Source of the DNA: Amoebidium appalachense
Taxonomy: Eukaryota > Protista > Ichthyosporea
Length of the DNA stretch: 64,000 nucleotides
Direction of reading: 5' to 3'
Assembly (NCBI GenBank): GCA_963693365.1
Contig: CAVNZM010000010.1
Location: 372,001 to 436,000, forward strand
The notes under the pieces are model-generated. The model was not told where the DNA came from. It did not search any database and worked only from the letters and a program-made list of their open reading frames with translations. The first letter of the stretch is position 1, and the number at the start of each line of letters is the position of its first letter. The position numbers and the translations under genes were made by a program. This document shows positions 12,018 to 22,197 of this stretch, one piece after another.

Positions 12018-13913
12018 CTATTTATCACTTTGCTTGCCCTTGTTCTTCTTGGCAGCTCGGGTGGGGCAATCTTTAAAACGATGCCCCGGCTGCTTGCAAG
12101 CCCAACAATTGGGCCCCCTCTTATCTTTCTTATTATCCTTAGCCCATTTGCCCCCCCCATTAGATTTACCCTTACCACCAACATTACCCCCACTACCTCC
12201 GTGGCCACCCCCGTGACCACCACCACCACCACCATGCCCCCCATTACCACCACCCATCTCATCTACAGCACCCACATTACGGTTACATTTTAAATTGTGA
12301 GCACCCACATCAGCCTCATACCGTCGGATGACACGGGCCATGGCTTGCTTGAGGGTGGTTGCAGCCCGGGCCTCCGAACAAAGGTCCGGGTAGTCGTTGA
12401 GGGTACGTTGGTAATGATGAAGCACAACCTCGGGCATGTTCTTGAGACCCGAGTTGGAGACGATGCAATTAAATTTCTTGTGGAATGTCTTTATCGAGGC
12501 CCGAGTGTGCATAAAACGAAGCTTGTTCAGCTCGTTAAAATGCTCCTCCTTACGTTCCTTGTCTAAATACTTCTCAAGGAACTTAGCCCAAAAATCGTCG
12601 ATGCCGGTGCACGTGGAAAGGTCGACGTTGTCGGCAGCATCTCGGGGGTCCCCGGGGCCCATGCACATACGAATAAACATCAACGTGCGATTTAAGCCCA
12701 CCAACTCCATAATACAAAAGAAAATTAAATGATGTTGGAGTTGTTTGTAGAATTCGTCGATATCGGCATCTGCCTCGAGCATAGGACGGGACTGAATTGC
12801 TGCTGAGGGGATGTGTTGAATCTTTTCCTTCCCCTCCCGGTCGTCACCGTTGCCGTCGTTACCGTCACCGTCATCACCACCGTCACCGCCGTCACCACCA
12901 CCATCACCACCACCGGCACCACCAGCACCGTTAGCACCTCCGGCACCATTAGCACCACCGGCACCACCGTCAGCACCACCGTCCGGGGGAGGTGGGGGGC
13001 CACCGCCACCTGCATTACCATCCCCATTTTCGTTGGCAGCAGGAGGGGGGTTGTTATGCCCCCCCCGGCCACCACCACGTCCACCCCTACCACCACGGCC
13101 AGAGTTCTTACGGGGGCCCCGTCCGGCACGAACCCACGAGGGGAGCATGCTTGGATGAAATTTCCGAGGGCCCCGGTTACCATAATAAGTAACCACTAGG
13201 TCGAGCTCACCACGACTAAGAGTCACTAACTGATTGATAAATTCATGTGACTTAGTGATGGGGGAAGACTGCCCTGAAAGGCACGCGTAGTTTTGCCTGG
13301 AAGTGAATACATTCACGAGGGCGAGTAGTTGTTGGTGGAGCATGGTGAGTGCCGACGACGAACGGTACAGTGCCGTGCGCGCTGTACAGCTGGCAAACTT
13401 CGATACCAAAAATGCCAGCAGCACGAACAGAAGGAGACACCCAAGAACGCACCAGCACCAAGCTGCCAGGCTCACGCCCGTCTTGTTGTGCAAATTTGCA
13501 TACTCCGTTAGGGCGCGTATCAGGGCGTCTGGTGCCTCTGCTTGCGTTTGCGTTGACCTCGACTTCCAGCCCGTGGAGAAGGTCGACTGATGAATGTCGA
13601 TTGTCTTCAGGTGGCAGGTCTTCGGGGTCAAATGATTGGCCATAGTCGGTTTCCCCTGAACGAAAAGAGAAGCAGTATTGATTGTCGTGTTGCAGGTCGT
13701 GTGAACGGAAGTAGACACGGTCGAGCAACGGAATGTCTGCTCCAGGAGGGTGCCACGGTGAAGAGCCGGGGGGGGAAAGGGGAACATTATAGCCGAGTTC
13801 TTCAAGGAAAATGAGGTCGGCGTTTCGAGCTTCCCCCCCATGCAGGCCACTAGGGCCGGCATTGTTGTCACCAAGGTGGTTAGACATGTTAGGACCCAAA
13901 CAACTAAAAACAT
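12018..13913 (-). CDS. gag: Gag of element A with an N-terminal signal-peptide/transmembrane-like extension
   Basis: C-terminal CWACKQPGHRFKDC zinc knuckle, capsid-like helical region and Gly-rich linkers. First ATG at 13913 gives MFLVVWVLTCLTTLV. Hydrophobic SLAAWCWCVLGCLLLFVLLAFLVS at 13401-13472. Confidence 0.85.
   Translation of the reverse strand: MFLVVWVLTCLTTLVTTMPALVACMGGKLETPTSFSLKNSAIMFPFPPPALHRGTLLEQTFRCSTVSTSVHTTCNTTINTASLFVQGKPTMANHLTPKTCHLKTIDIHQSTFSTGWKSRSTQTQAEAPDALIRALTEYANLHNKTGVSLAAWCWCVLGCLLLFVLLAFLVSKFASCTARTALYRSSSALTMLHQQLLALVNVFTSRQNYACLSGQSSPITKSHEFINQLVTLSRGELDLVVTYYGNRGPRKFHPSMLPSWVRAGRGPRKNSGRGGRGGRGGGRGGHNNPPPAANENGDGNAGGGGPPPPPDGGADGGAGGANGAGGANGAGGAGGGDGGGDGGDGGDDGDGNDGNGDDREGKEKIQHIPSAAIQSRPMLEADADIDEFYKQLQHHLIFFCIMELVGLNRTLMFIRMCMGPGDPRDAADNVDLSTCTGIDDFWAKFLEKYLDKERKEEHFNELNKLRFMHTRASIKTFHKKFNCIVSNSGLKNMPEVVLHHYQRTLNDYPDLCSEARAATTLKQAMARVIRRYEADVGAHNLKCNRNVGAVDEMGGGNGGHGGGGGGHGGGHGGSGGNVGGKGKSNGGGKWAKDNKKDKRGPNCWACKQPGHRFKDCPTRAAKKNKGKQSDK
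13252..13887 (-). CDS. Overlapping 211-aa ORF of unknown function in the 5' gag region
   Basis: ATG at 13887 (MSNHLGDNNAG); stop-free for 211 codons in a different frame from gag; codon pattern looks coding-like. Confidence 0.45.
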   Translation of the reverse strand: MSNHLGDNNAGPSGLHGGEARNADLIFLEELGYNVPLSPPGSSPWHPPGADIPLLDRVYFRSHDLQHDNQYCFSFRSGETDYGQSFDPEDLPPEDNRHSSVDLLHGLEVEVNANASRGTRRPDTRPNGVCKFAQQDGREPGSLVLVRSWVSPSVRAAGIFGIEVCQLYSAHGTVPFVVGTHHAPPTTTRPRECIHFQAKLRVPFRAVFPHH

Positions 13914-13962
13914 AGTACTTGCTTGATACGAGCACACTTGCAGCACAAAAACTAGCGCTGCA

Positions 13963-13978
13963 GGGGGTGTAGCTCAGC
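13963..13978 (-). promoter_or_regulatory. Putative primer-binding site of A (GCTGAGCTACACCCCC)
   Basis: Abuts the 5' LTR end (…ACAACA) with no TGG. Plus strand reads GGGGGTGTAGCTCAGC, a tRNA-Ala-like 5' end. Confidence 0.72.
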
Positions 13979-14590
13979 TGTTGTATAATATGATCGTGTG
14001 TCTGTGACAAACAATATGTTTATAAATGAACGGGGTTGACTAGACCACGCTTTGCTTATTTACGTGCTAGTCCTACTTACACCTAGTAAGCCGAGCACAC
14101 TGAGTGAGCTCTGAAGCCCCCGACATGCCCTTATATCGGAGCTCGCACAGCGGCTCAGACATGCGCATCGGTATGTGCTTTTTGGCTACGAGAGCCAATC
14201 ACATACGGTTCACGGTTCTGTCCCATGGCTATCACGGTTCCAATAAACCTAGTGAGCCAATCGGGTGACAGTACTTGATTATCGATGCATTCCACAGTCA
14301 TACCAGTCACGGCTACTTGCATATTTTCCCATGATAAAACTATAACTTAACGCTCATGGTTCCTCTACTACGTGTCGGTCCCATGTGGCTATTATATCTG
14401 TTTTCCCATGAATAATCCTGCAAGTTGCACGTGCACATATGTTTAACTCCATGCTCATGCGCACAAGACTGGGGGGGACATGCATACTGGCCTACCTAAG
14501 ATCAAACACAGTGGTATATATACATGTACACGTGTGCGTATATCTCAACCTGTGTACATCCATACTAGATATCCGGTATAATATACCACA
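13979..14590 (-). repeat. 5' LTR of element A (612 bp)
   Basis: Imperfect terminal inverted repeat TGTTGTATAATAT / ATAATATACCACA; the 14170-14590 part matches 1-418. Confidence 0.9.
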
Positions 14591-14604
14591 GTGTGTGTGT
14601 GTGT

Positions 14605-14643
<39 letters not shown>

Positions 14644-16000
14644 TGTGTGTGTGTGCGCGTGCGCTATAATTTTGTAGTGATGTGTTTCTCAAGCCAATCA
14701 ATACATCTAATAAACAGGTCGTAGTTACGCGTGTTTAGTATAAAATCAAGGATGTTGTAATTTACAGGTAGGCTATCTTTCTGGGTGTCTGTTGTGAATG
14801 TGACGTGTGTGTGTTGCGGTATTATGTGGTCTATCAAACTACATTTGGCGATACATGACCGGTTAAACTGGTGTGTGTGTGTGTTGTTTGGGCATGCAAA
14901 TGATGCCACCTTATACTTATTAGATCTCCACTGTATAGCACGTGTACAGTAAAAGCGTGGTAATTGATCAATAATACCATCAGCTAGAGAAAGACCAGTT
15001 CTACAGGAAGGTAATATGTATTTAGATGTTATACATTTGCGAGTGCCATATTTGGCAATATGGTTGAGGCGGTCAGTATATATAAAACGAGACATAAGGC
15101 TTAGTTTTTCAAGGTGTATGCTTTCATCGGGTCTAGTGTCGTGTGGTATCTTTTTCCATTTGTTATATTGCGTGATTATCTTGTGATTGTGTACATGTTT
15201 AATAAGTAAGTGGCAGTCCAAAGTTACACACACACTATTGCGGGGTTTATTTGTATTTGTGCCCAGGGGAGAAGGGGAGAGAGAGGGGAGGAAAGAGGGG
15301 AGAGGTGAGGAGGGGACAGGTCGGATAGAGAAGAGAGGGTGGGAGGGCAAATACTTCTTTAAGCGGCTTATGTGCTTATTGAATTTCAGCGCGAGATAGG
15401 ATACTCTAGCAGCTATTGGGACCAGACCATATATCGAGAGCGTTACAGGCCCAGGTTTACAACAGTTGTTAGATAGAAAGGAGGCAACTTCTGCTTCAAG
15501 GAAATTTGCCAAGGGTTTAAGCGCTCTAGTTCTCTCTTTCTTGATCCAAGCGGCGAGAAGGGGTAAACCATATTCACATGCCGGGAAGACAAAAGTGCGA
15601 ATAAATGTAAGTCTAATAGAAGGATGGAGGGGTGTGTCTTTAAAAATATTAGCCGAGAAGAAAGCTAACCGCTTACGAGCCAACTCTACCCTCTTTTCGA
15701 CCATATGGGGAAACATAACACCAACAGAATCAACCGGAACACCAAGATATTTGTATTCTGGAACTATAAGTACAGGTTTAGATGATAATGTAAATGTGTG
15801 TAAATTGTTAGCTATATCAGGTACAAGAACACCACATTTGTCTATGTTAAGGATCATAAGGTTTGCCTTGCACCACTCTGACACTACATCGAACAATCTT
15901 TGCAGGCGTCTAGGGGTACGGGCAAGGAGGGACAGATCATCAGCATAGAGAAGTGCAGGCGGAAAGTTATTAATAGGGTCATCGGTCGAATAAATCCAGT
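14591..16000 (-). mobile_element. 5'-truncated non-LTR retrotransposon (LINE-like) ending in a (CA)n tract
   Basis: RT C-terminal half, then stop at 14664-14666 followed almost immediately by (CA)n on the element strand. The 5' boundary is approximate. Confidence 0.85.
14664..15990 (-). CDS. Non-LTR reverse transcriptase, C-terminal part (5' truncated)
   Basis: ALLYADDLSLL (~15930-15955), NIDKC, YKYLGV, RTFVFPACEYGL, and a C-terminal Cys/His-containing segment. Confidence 0.88.
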
Positions 16001-16038
16001 CAAAAGAAAAAGTTTTACAGCGCCAACACTTGTGTTAC

Positions 16039-16339
16039 AGGGGGTTTCTTTTAGCTTTTCGGGCCGGGTCGGGTCAGAGGCGATTCTAGCTATATGATTG
16101 GTGTGCTGCGCATCAGTTGCGCACCATCGTTTGGCCAGAAGCAAGGTACAGATGGGCCATAATACAAGAAAAAAGAAAAAGAAAAGAGAAAAAAAAGAAA
16201 CGAACAATTGAATAATAATAATAAAGCGGTTGGAATAAGACTACAGTTCATATCATGATTTGTATGCCGAATTCGAATAAATGGTTTGACCCGGATGTGC
16301 TGGAATGGGTGCAATGAATCGGCCTAAAAGAAACCCCCT
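16039..16339. mobile_element. MITE with 16-bp terminal inverted repeats
   Basis: AGGGGGTTTCTTTTAG...CTAAAAGAAACCCCCT; a related inverted copy lies at 41486-41785. Confidence 0.75.
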
Positions 16340-17325
16340 TTAAATTTGCCTGTGCTCTCACCAAATGCTGTAATTTTTTTGCCATCCGTATCCCTCTTTG
16401 GCTCCTTGGAATCCTTGGAACATCCGGGACGTGCGGATATCCCTGCGCATGTGCCTATAGCTACATCAAGGCCTTGCTCCCTGGCACGCTCTTTAGTTTA
16501 AACCACATGGAACCAAATAACACGCAGAAAGCCTTCTACCCCAATGTATCAGTTGTGCACGTGTGCGCCGGTGACACGCCGTACAACTTGATAAATGCCC
16601 GGTTGAAGTGGTTGCCAAAGTGCACGTGCACAGAGGAGCTTCAGACGGTCCGACAACAAAACGGGAGAACGTTGTTGTTTGCACCGCTCCGTGCGCAGCC
16701 AATAGGAAGAGACGGGTCTGAGGGGTGTAGACCGGGATCTTGAAGCCCCAAATGATGCAATACATGAGAGTACCTAGTAATTAGCGTGTAGCGTATATAA
16801 GTTATTTAAAATTTGCCATATATATTATTTTGATGCTAGTTTATGGTTAATTTTTATGCTTTTTGATACCACTATACCTGTTCCCATATCTTGCTGAGCA
16901 TATCATCGTGACTTTTCTAAAAGTCTGCAATAATTCTTTGTTGTCGATCTCATTTTTGCCCCCCTTTTGGTCCTGGCCTCCGACGAATCAGGGAGCTCCC
17001 TGATCATCAACCGTATTTCGTAATTGTAAGGTTAAACTGAGCACTGGGGAGTCACTTAAACTGATGAAGCTATGATGCTCACGCTTGCTATGCAACACGC
17101 TGGAAACAGCAAATAATAGTAAATTTAACGTACTTTAGAAATAAATAATAAAATGCAAGATAACAAAGTTGAACAGCTTTATTTATGGCCGCTGGGTGTT
17201 CGATTTTTGGCACTTTCGTCAATGAGACTAAGGATACGCCATCGTGACCCTGGAAAAAAGCACTGAACAAGTAAATACCATACATGGTAATAAGATCAGT
17301 CTCAGTTTCTCAGGATTCGTTTTAG

Positions 17326-17390
17326 CCAATCAGGAGCATTGACCCTGGCTCACCAGATTTAGCGGGGGGGAGAACAAACCAGCTATAAAA
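17326..17390 (+). promoter_or_regulatory. Putative promoter: CCAAT box and TATA box
   Basis: CCAAT at 17326 and TATAAAA at 17384, upstream of the ORF at 17629. Confidence 0.45.
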
Positions 17391-17628
17391 CCTGAGTACC
17401 CGGCCCAGAAACGCTCTACCAATGCGCTGCTTTTCTTCTTCCCTGCTGTTTTGAAACGAAAACGAATATTAACGTCTCATTTTGCGTTGATTTCTGAGTC
17501 ATAAGAATTACGAGGGGCTTGCATGTCCCTCTACCAAAGAACGTTATCTAATAAACTCACGAGAATTCCTCTAGTTTTTTAGCACGGTGTTATCACGTTT
17601 CTTTTTCGTTGTTCTGCATGACTATACG

Positions 17629-18580
17629 ATGACCAAAAGCATAGCCATTGTCGGTCGACGTCTTAGCATCACCAGCACCATCATTTCAAACTTTGCCTCA
17701 CCAGCAGGCAAGCATGCGCTTTTTCGCAAAGCAAGCCTCCCAGAGGGCGAAAAAGTGACAAAGGAAGTTCCCGATGCGCCCGTTACCCTCTCACAGATCT
17801 CCTTTCTATCCCCCGATGTTCGCTCCCTCGTCGAATCAAACGATCAACTCCTGGATGAGTATCGCAGGCTTCAGTTGCTAGTTGCCGTCTTACTGCGTCT
17901 CGGATGTTGTGATTACTCTCGTTTGGTTGCACTGAACACGATTTCTGGCACGGTTGCTCCCGAAGTTTCTACCCCAAAACTGCTCAAGACGCTCGAGAAG
18001 GGGTATGACCGGGTGACCAAGTTGGCGCAGGGCAAGGATGGGTGCAGCTGCGGTGCTTCTGCACTGGGCAAGTGAGTGTTTTCCCCTTTTCTTAACCCTC
18101 TTGTTGGGTTGGCTCTATGTGACCTTCCTCGAATCCTAGCCACCAACACATTCCTTGTCTTTCATTCTGTTGTTGAATGAGTGCTTCTTGGTGATCTTTT
18201 CTTTTTTTTTTTTTCACCACATCTTTCTGGCCTCTTTGGTGAACCGATAGCCATTTCTCACAATTACTCATTTCCCTTGTTGCCTCAGGTATGCGGATCT
18301 CTACCATTGCTGGTGGTCAAGCGCCTATTACACTTCGGGCCACGACATTCTCGACACCCTATTGGTCGACCTGAACAAGCACGTACCCTCCCTCCGCGCT
18401 TATCACACCTGCTCAAGTCGCCGGATCAGTCTGGAACTTTCCGACACCGAGGAGGGGCAGGTCAAGATGTCGTCTTCTCCGCTTGGGGATGTGAGTGGAA
18501 ACATGAAGGCCAGGGCGGTGGGGTGGTCTGGAAAACTGCTGAGGTTGCCACGTGCATCTCTGGCTGCAAATTACGCGTAA
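17629..18580 (+). CDS. Two-exon hypothetical protein (~244 aa; exons 17629-18071 and 18289-18580)
   Basis: GTGAGT donor at 18072 and a pyrimidine-rich CAG acceptor at 18288 join two ORFs in frame (…SALGK|YADLYHCWW…). No recognisable domain. Confidence 0.6.
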
Positions 18581-19485
18581 ATATGTGTGACTTTTTGTAA
18601 ATTTTGGTTTGTTTGTTTGTTTGTTTGTTTTGGTTTTTTTGTGTTTTGTTTGCTTGGTTTCCTTGGTTTCTCTGTCTTTTTTTCCCTTCTTCTTTTTGGA
18701 CTTGCATTAGAATAGTTTTCATATCGATATATTGCACATGTTGGTTTTATATAGGGTATATATATATATCAGGGTTCGGTTCTGCTATTTTTCATTAGTG
18801 CAATGTGCAGGATGTGATCTACGTTTCTCGGTTGCTTGTGTTTTTCCCCTCCTGCTTATGTTCTGTTCACATTGTCCGTTTGTAATGTTTGGCTCGAACG
18901 AAAGCGTTTGTAATTGTTGCTTGTGTTTGCAGAAAGTTTATAGTGTGCTGGGTAGTTTTATATTTCTCGTTTTCTTGTTTCCTTTCTTTCTTTTGACCCC
19001 TGATAACCCCACACAAAAGCCTTTTTGGCGACACAGCATTACGAAACTAAGTAGGTAGTTTGTGTATTGCATGAACGTAACATGTCCCCTTGTCTTGTTC
19101 TGAACAGGCATACTAGAAACATGGAAAACGGAATATGCGCCCAGCTGTGAAATTTTAATTTCTTTACCATCGGTGCTTATATTACCGTTTGATACCACAC
19201 CTATACATACTCTACCCCTGGAGGGACGCGCGGTTTAAGATATATACATAGTTTTACGACGTATGGAAACGATACTATGAAAAAACTGTGAAGGAAAAAC
19301 CTGCTTGGACGGCAATGTGTCGGTAAAGCAGAGGATGGTACTCATTATGATAAGGTGATTTGTTTGCAGGCAGCATGAAATTACCGGTGCAAAGATCAAC
19401 AAATAAATAAACCTTGGGATGTTTGAAAGGCTGTTGTTGGCTCATGAAAAGAACTTTCTTACATGAAGCTCCCCCTCCCCCCCCC

Positions 19486-20065
19486 ATGGGCTCTGCTTAT
19501 GACGCATACTGTGCACATGGCTGATGTTGCATACTTGAATGTTTGCCTTTGCATGTGTCCTGCACCATGCTTCTCGTCGTGTATGCGTACCTCGTACCAT
19601 GTTCCGCATTCAAACCCCCCCAGTCTTCTTTCAGAGGTGTCTTTCAGGACAGACCACTGTGTGGAGACCGCTTTACTTCCATGAAATCGGGCATGGTTGC
19701 TCTGTGTCGTGCATCTGTAAGCACATATGCATTTTTCGCTGCACTGCATTAGTTTGCACACACATCTTCGCCGTTTTGCTCACCTTGCTTGCATAAGCAA
19801 CCCTGCTCGTCTTCGATCAAGACGGGTTGACCCGCCCAAGTTCAGTTGATGTTGCTGTCTGAGTTGGAGCGTCGTATATACGCGGGCTAAGGGGTCGAAA
19901 CTCAGACGCAATTGATGACTTCGGTCCTCCCTGAGGATGGGCTCTGCTTATGACACATACTGTGCGCATGGCTGATGTTGCATACTTGAATGTTTGCCTT
20001 TGCATGTGTCCTGCACCATGCTTCTCGTCGTGTATGCGTACTTCGTACCATGTTCCGCATTCAAA
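19486..20065 (+). mobile_element. Partial-tandem retroelement 3' fragments, family S1 (19486-19614 and ~19622-20065), each ending in poly(C); probably Penelope-like
   Basis: Shared 3' end ...GTTCCGCATTCAAA+(C)n with variable 5' ends; near-identical to 43273-43576 (minus). Confidence 0.75.
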
Positions 20066-20079
20066 CCCCCCTCCCTCCC

Positions 20080-20119
<40 letters not shown>

Positions 20120-21115
20120 CGTGCGTGTGCCGGTTCGTTCATTTATTTATTCGGTCCAGACCCGCTCATCTCATTCTGTTGCCCGTGAATCTCAGCACAT
20201 GGTGCCCAGGTGGCACTTGCACACAGATACAACCAGATACTATTAGACACTTGAGTTCACACGGACGTCCGGAGGTGCCCTGTTATAACGGTAGGTTCGT
20301 TGCGATTGGAGAAGTATGTGTAGCTAAATATATGTACTGGGTATTTATAATAGTTTGCAAGGAGTGATCACAAAGATGCTGTTTTTTATGATTAGTACCA
20401 CGTAACCGTTACATGTATGGGCACAGGCCACCATGACAATGTACGACGATGTTGCATGTGCAGTATTTTAGTATCAAAGTATTCCTACTTTTTTAGCGGT
20501 TCTATAAAAACTTTCATAGGTGGATGCGGTTTGTATAAGAATATTGACAAGCACTGCCAGGCTGCTATGTCATAGCTATGGTAACTAATATGCATGTTAG
20601 AGCTGACACCGTGTTGAAAAAACTGTTGCATGTGCTGATATAGATATAATACGTATGTCACTGCCATACGATAGGTCCCAACCACGTATCGGCAGAGCGA
20701 GTCAACTTGCTCCGAGCAAATTTAGACCCTGAAGTTTAAAAAACTGAATTATCATACACACGTATGCCTGATAATGTAATAGTACCGCCACGGTGTAACA
20801 CCCCTACGGACATATATTCATTGAATATCCACAATCGGATAATTATATATTTATAACACCAGTGCTCACACGATAAGGCTCTAGAAAATATGAGTGCATG
20901 CATCTTGGAGGTGTTTATAAACACAAGACTATATATCCCAATTACTGATTTTATAAATATTATTATTAGGATATCGATCTCAGACCGGATGCAGCCGATG
21001 GCATCAAGTATCACACAGCCACACATGTACACAGAATGGAGTATTACCACGAACACACTTCTGTATCAGCATTACGCAAGGATTTTAAATCGCCAAAAAG
21101 GTGCAAACTGTTACA

Positions 21116-21173
<58 letters not shown>

Positions 21174-21379
21174 ACACACACACCACCACCACCTGACCAC
21201 CACCGCAACAGCCACCACCACATATTGCCAAAAAAAAAAAAAAAAAAAAAAAAAGAAAGAAAGAAAAAGAAAAAAAGAAAACCATTTATAAACAGCCTTT
21301 TGTTAATAGGGATGGTATGATGGCAAACAAAAGCACTTCCGATATAAACTGGCACTATAAAAGTGGGTCATGCACACCC

Positions 21380-21451
<72 letters not shown>

Positions 21452-22197
21452 CGCAAGCGCAAGCGCACGCGCTGGTTTGGATGTGGAGGGGGGAGGGGAT
21501 GGGGTGGGGTTGAATTCATCCAATGTCGTGGCATCAGACGGCAGCCCCCCCCCCCCCCCCAACACACACACGATGGGTGAAGGTTTTTCTTATTTCTTGG
21601 TTTGTTTGTTTTTTGGGTGGGTGGGTGGCCGGGTGCGTGTGTGTGCCTGTGTGGGAAAATTTGTTTGGGGGGGGAAGGGGGGGGGGGAGGAGGTTTGCTG
21701 TTGTATTGTCACCAGTTGCAACTTTTATTCTTACCAAGCCTCTGCTTATCTCAACTCATCACGATTACTACGTAGCTACCTAATGCATACCACATATCAG
21801 ACTGCACGAAAAATATCAGCAAAAGGCACCAAAAGAGATCTTTAGTGTTTATACATCTTTGAAAAAGTGAAAACAATTACTATCTTTGTAACCAACACCT
21901 TATTGCATAGCCAAGACTTCATTCTAACATCAAAAAAGCTATTTCTCTTTCTTCTACTTCTGGAGATTCTTTGTGGTTTTCTCACGACCACACACTAATT
22001 GAAAGCTTTAAATTCTTCCTCATTCACCTCAACATTAGAGAATTGAACGAAGCATCAAATCTTACTGCAGCGTTATTACAGGCAATACTTTACTTATGAT
22101 AGCATTCCAAAACAAACTCAAGATGCTGCCCCTCAAAATCAAAAAACGAAGAAAACCCCAACTTATTTCGTTACATTCAGCAGCACCCCCCCCCCCC

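Larger units (their letters stand above)
1..14590 (-). mobile_element. Ty3/Gypsy chromodomain LTR retrotransposon (element A), interrupted by two nested LTR elements; 3' LTR runs off the window start
   Basis: 1-418 matches 14170-14590 apart from two small indels. Domain order on the minus strand is gag-PR-RT-RNaseH-INT-chromodomain. Pol reads through both insertion points once B, C and one TSD copy each are removed (KHD|MIIGNDF; SRIGY|ILHENE). Confidence 0.96.

Noticed and set aside
13963-14040. tRNA-Ala gene starting GGGGGTGTAGCTCAGCTG
   Set aside because: Similarity ends after ~16-18 nt at the LTR edge and there is no anticodon or T arm. Interpreted as a PBS.
14035-14047. TGG-starting candidate PBS for A (TGGTCTAGTC, minus strand)
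   Set aside because: No CA end next to it; the terminal inverted repeat places the LTR boundary at 13979, so this site lies inside the LTR.
16561-16631. Minus-strand peptide HFNRAFIKLYGVSP resembling an AraC HTH C-terminus
   Set aside because: Short match in a frame bounded by nearby stops with no upstream helix; probably chance. An HMM search would settle it.
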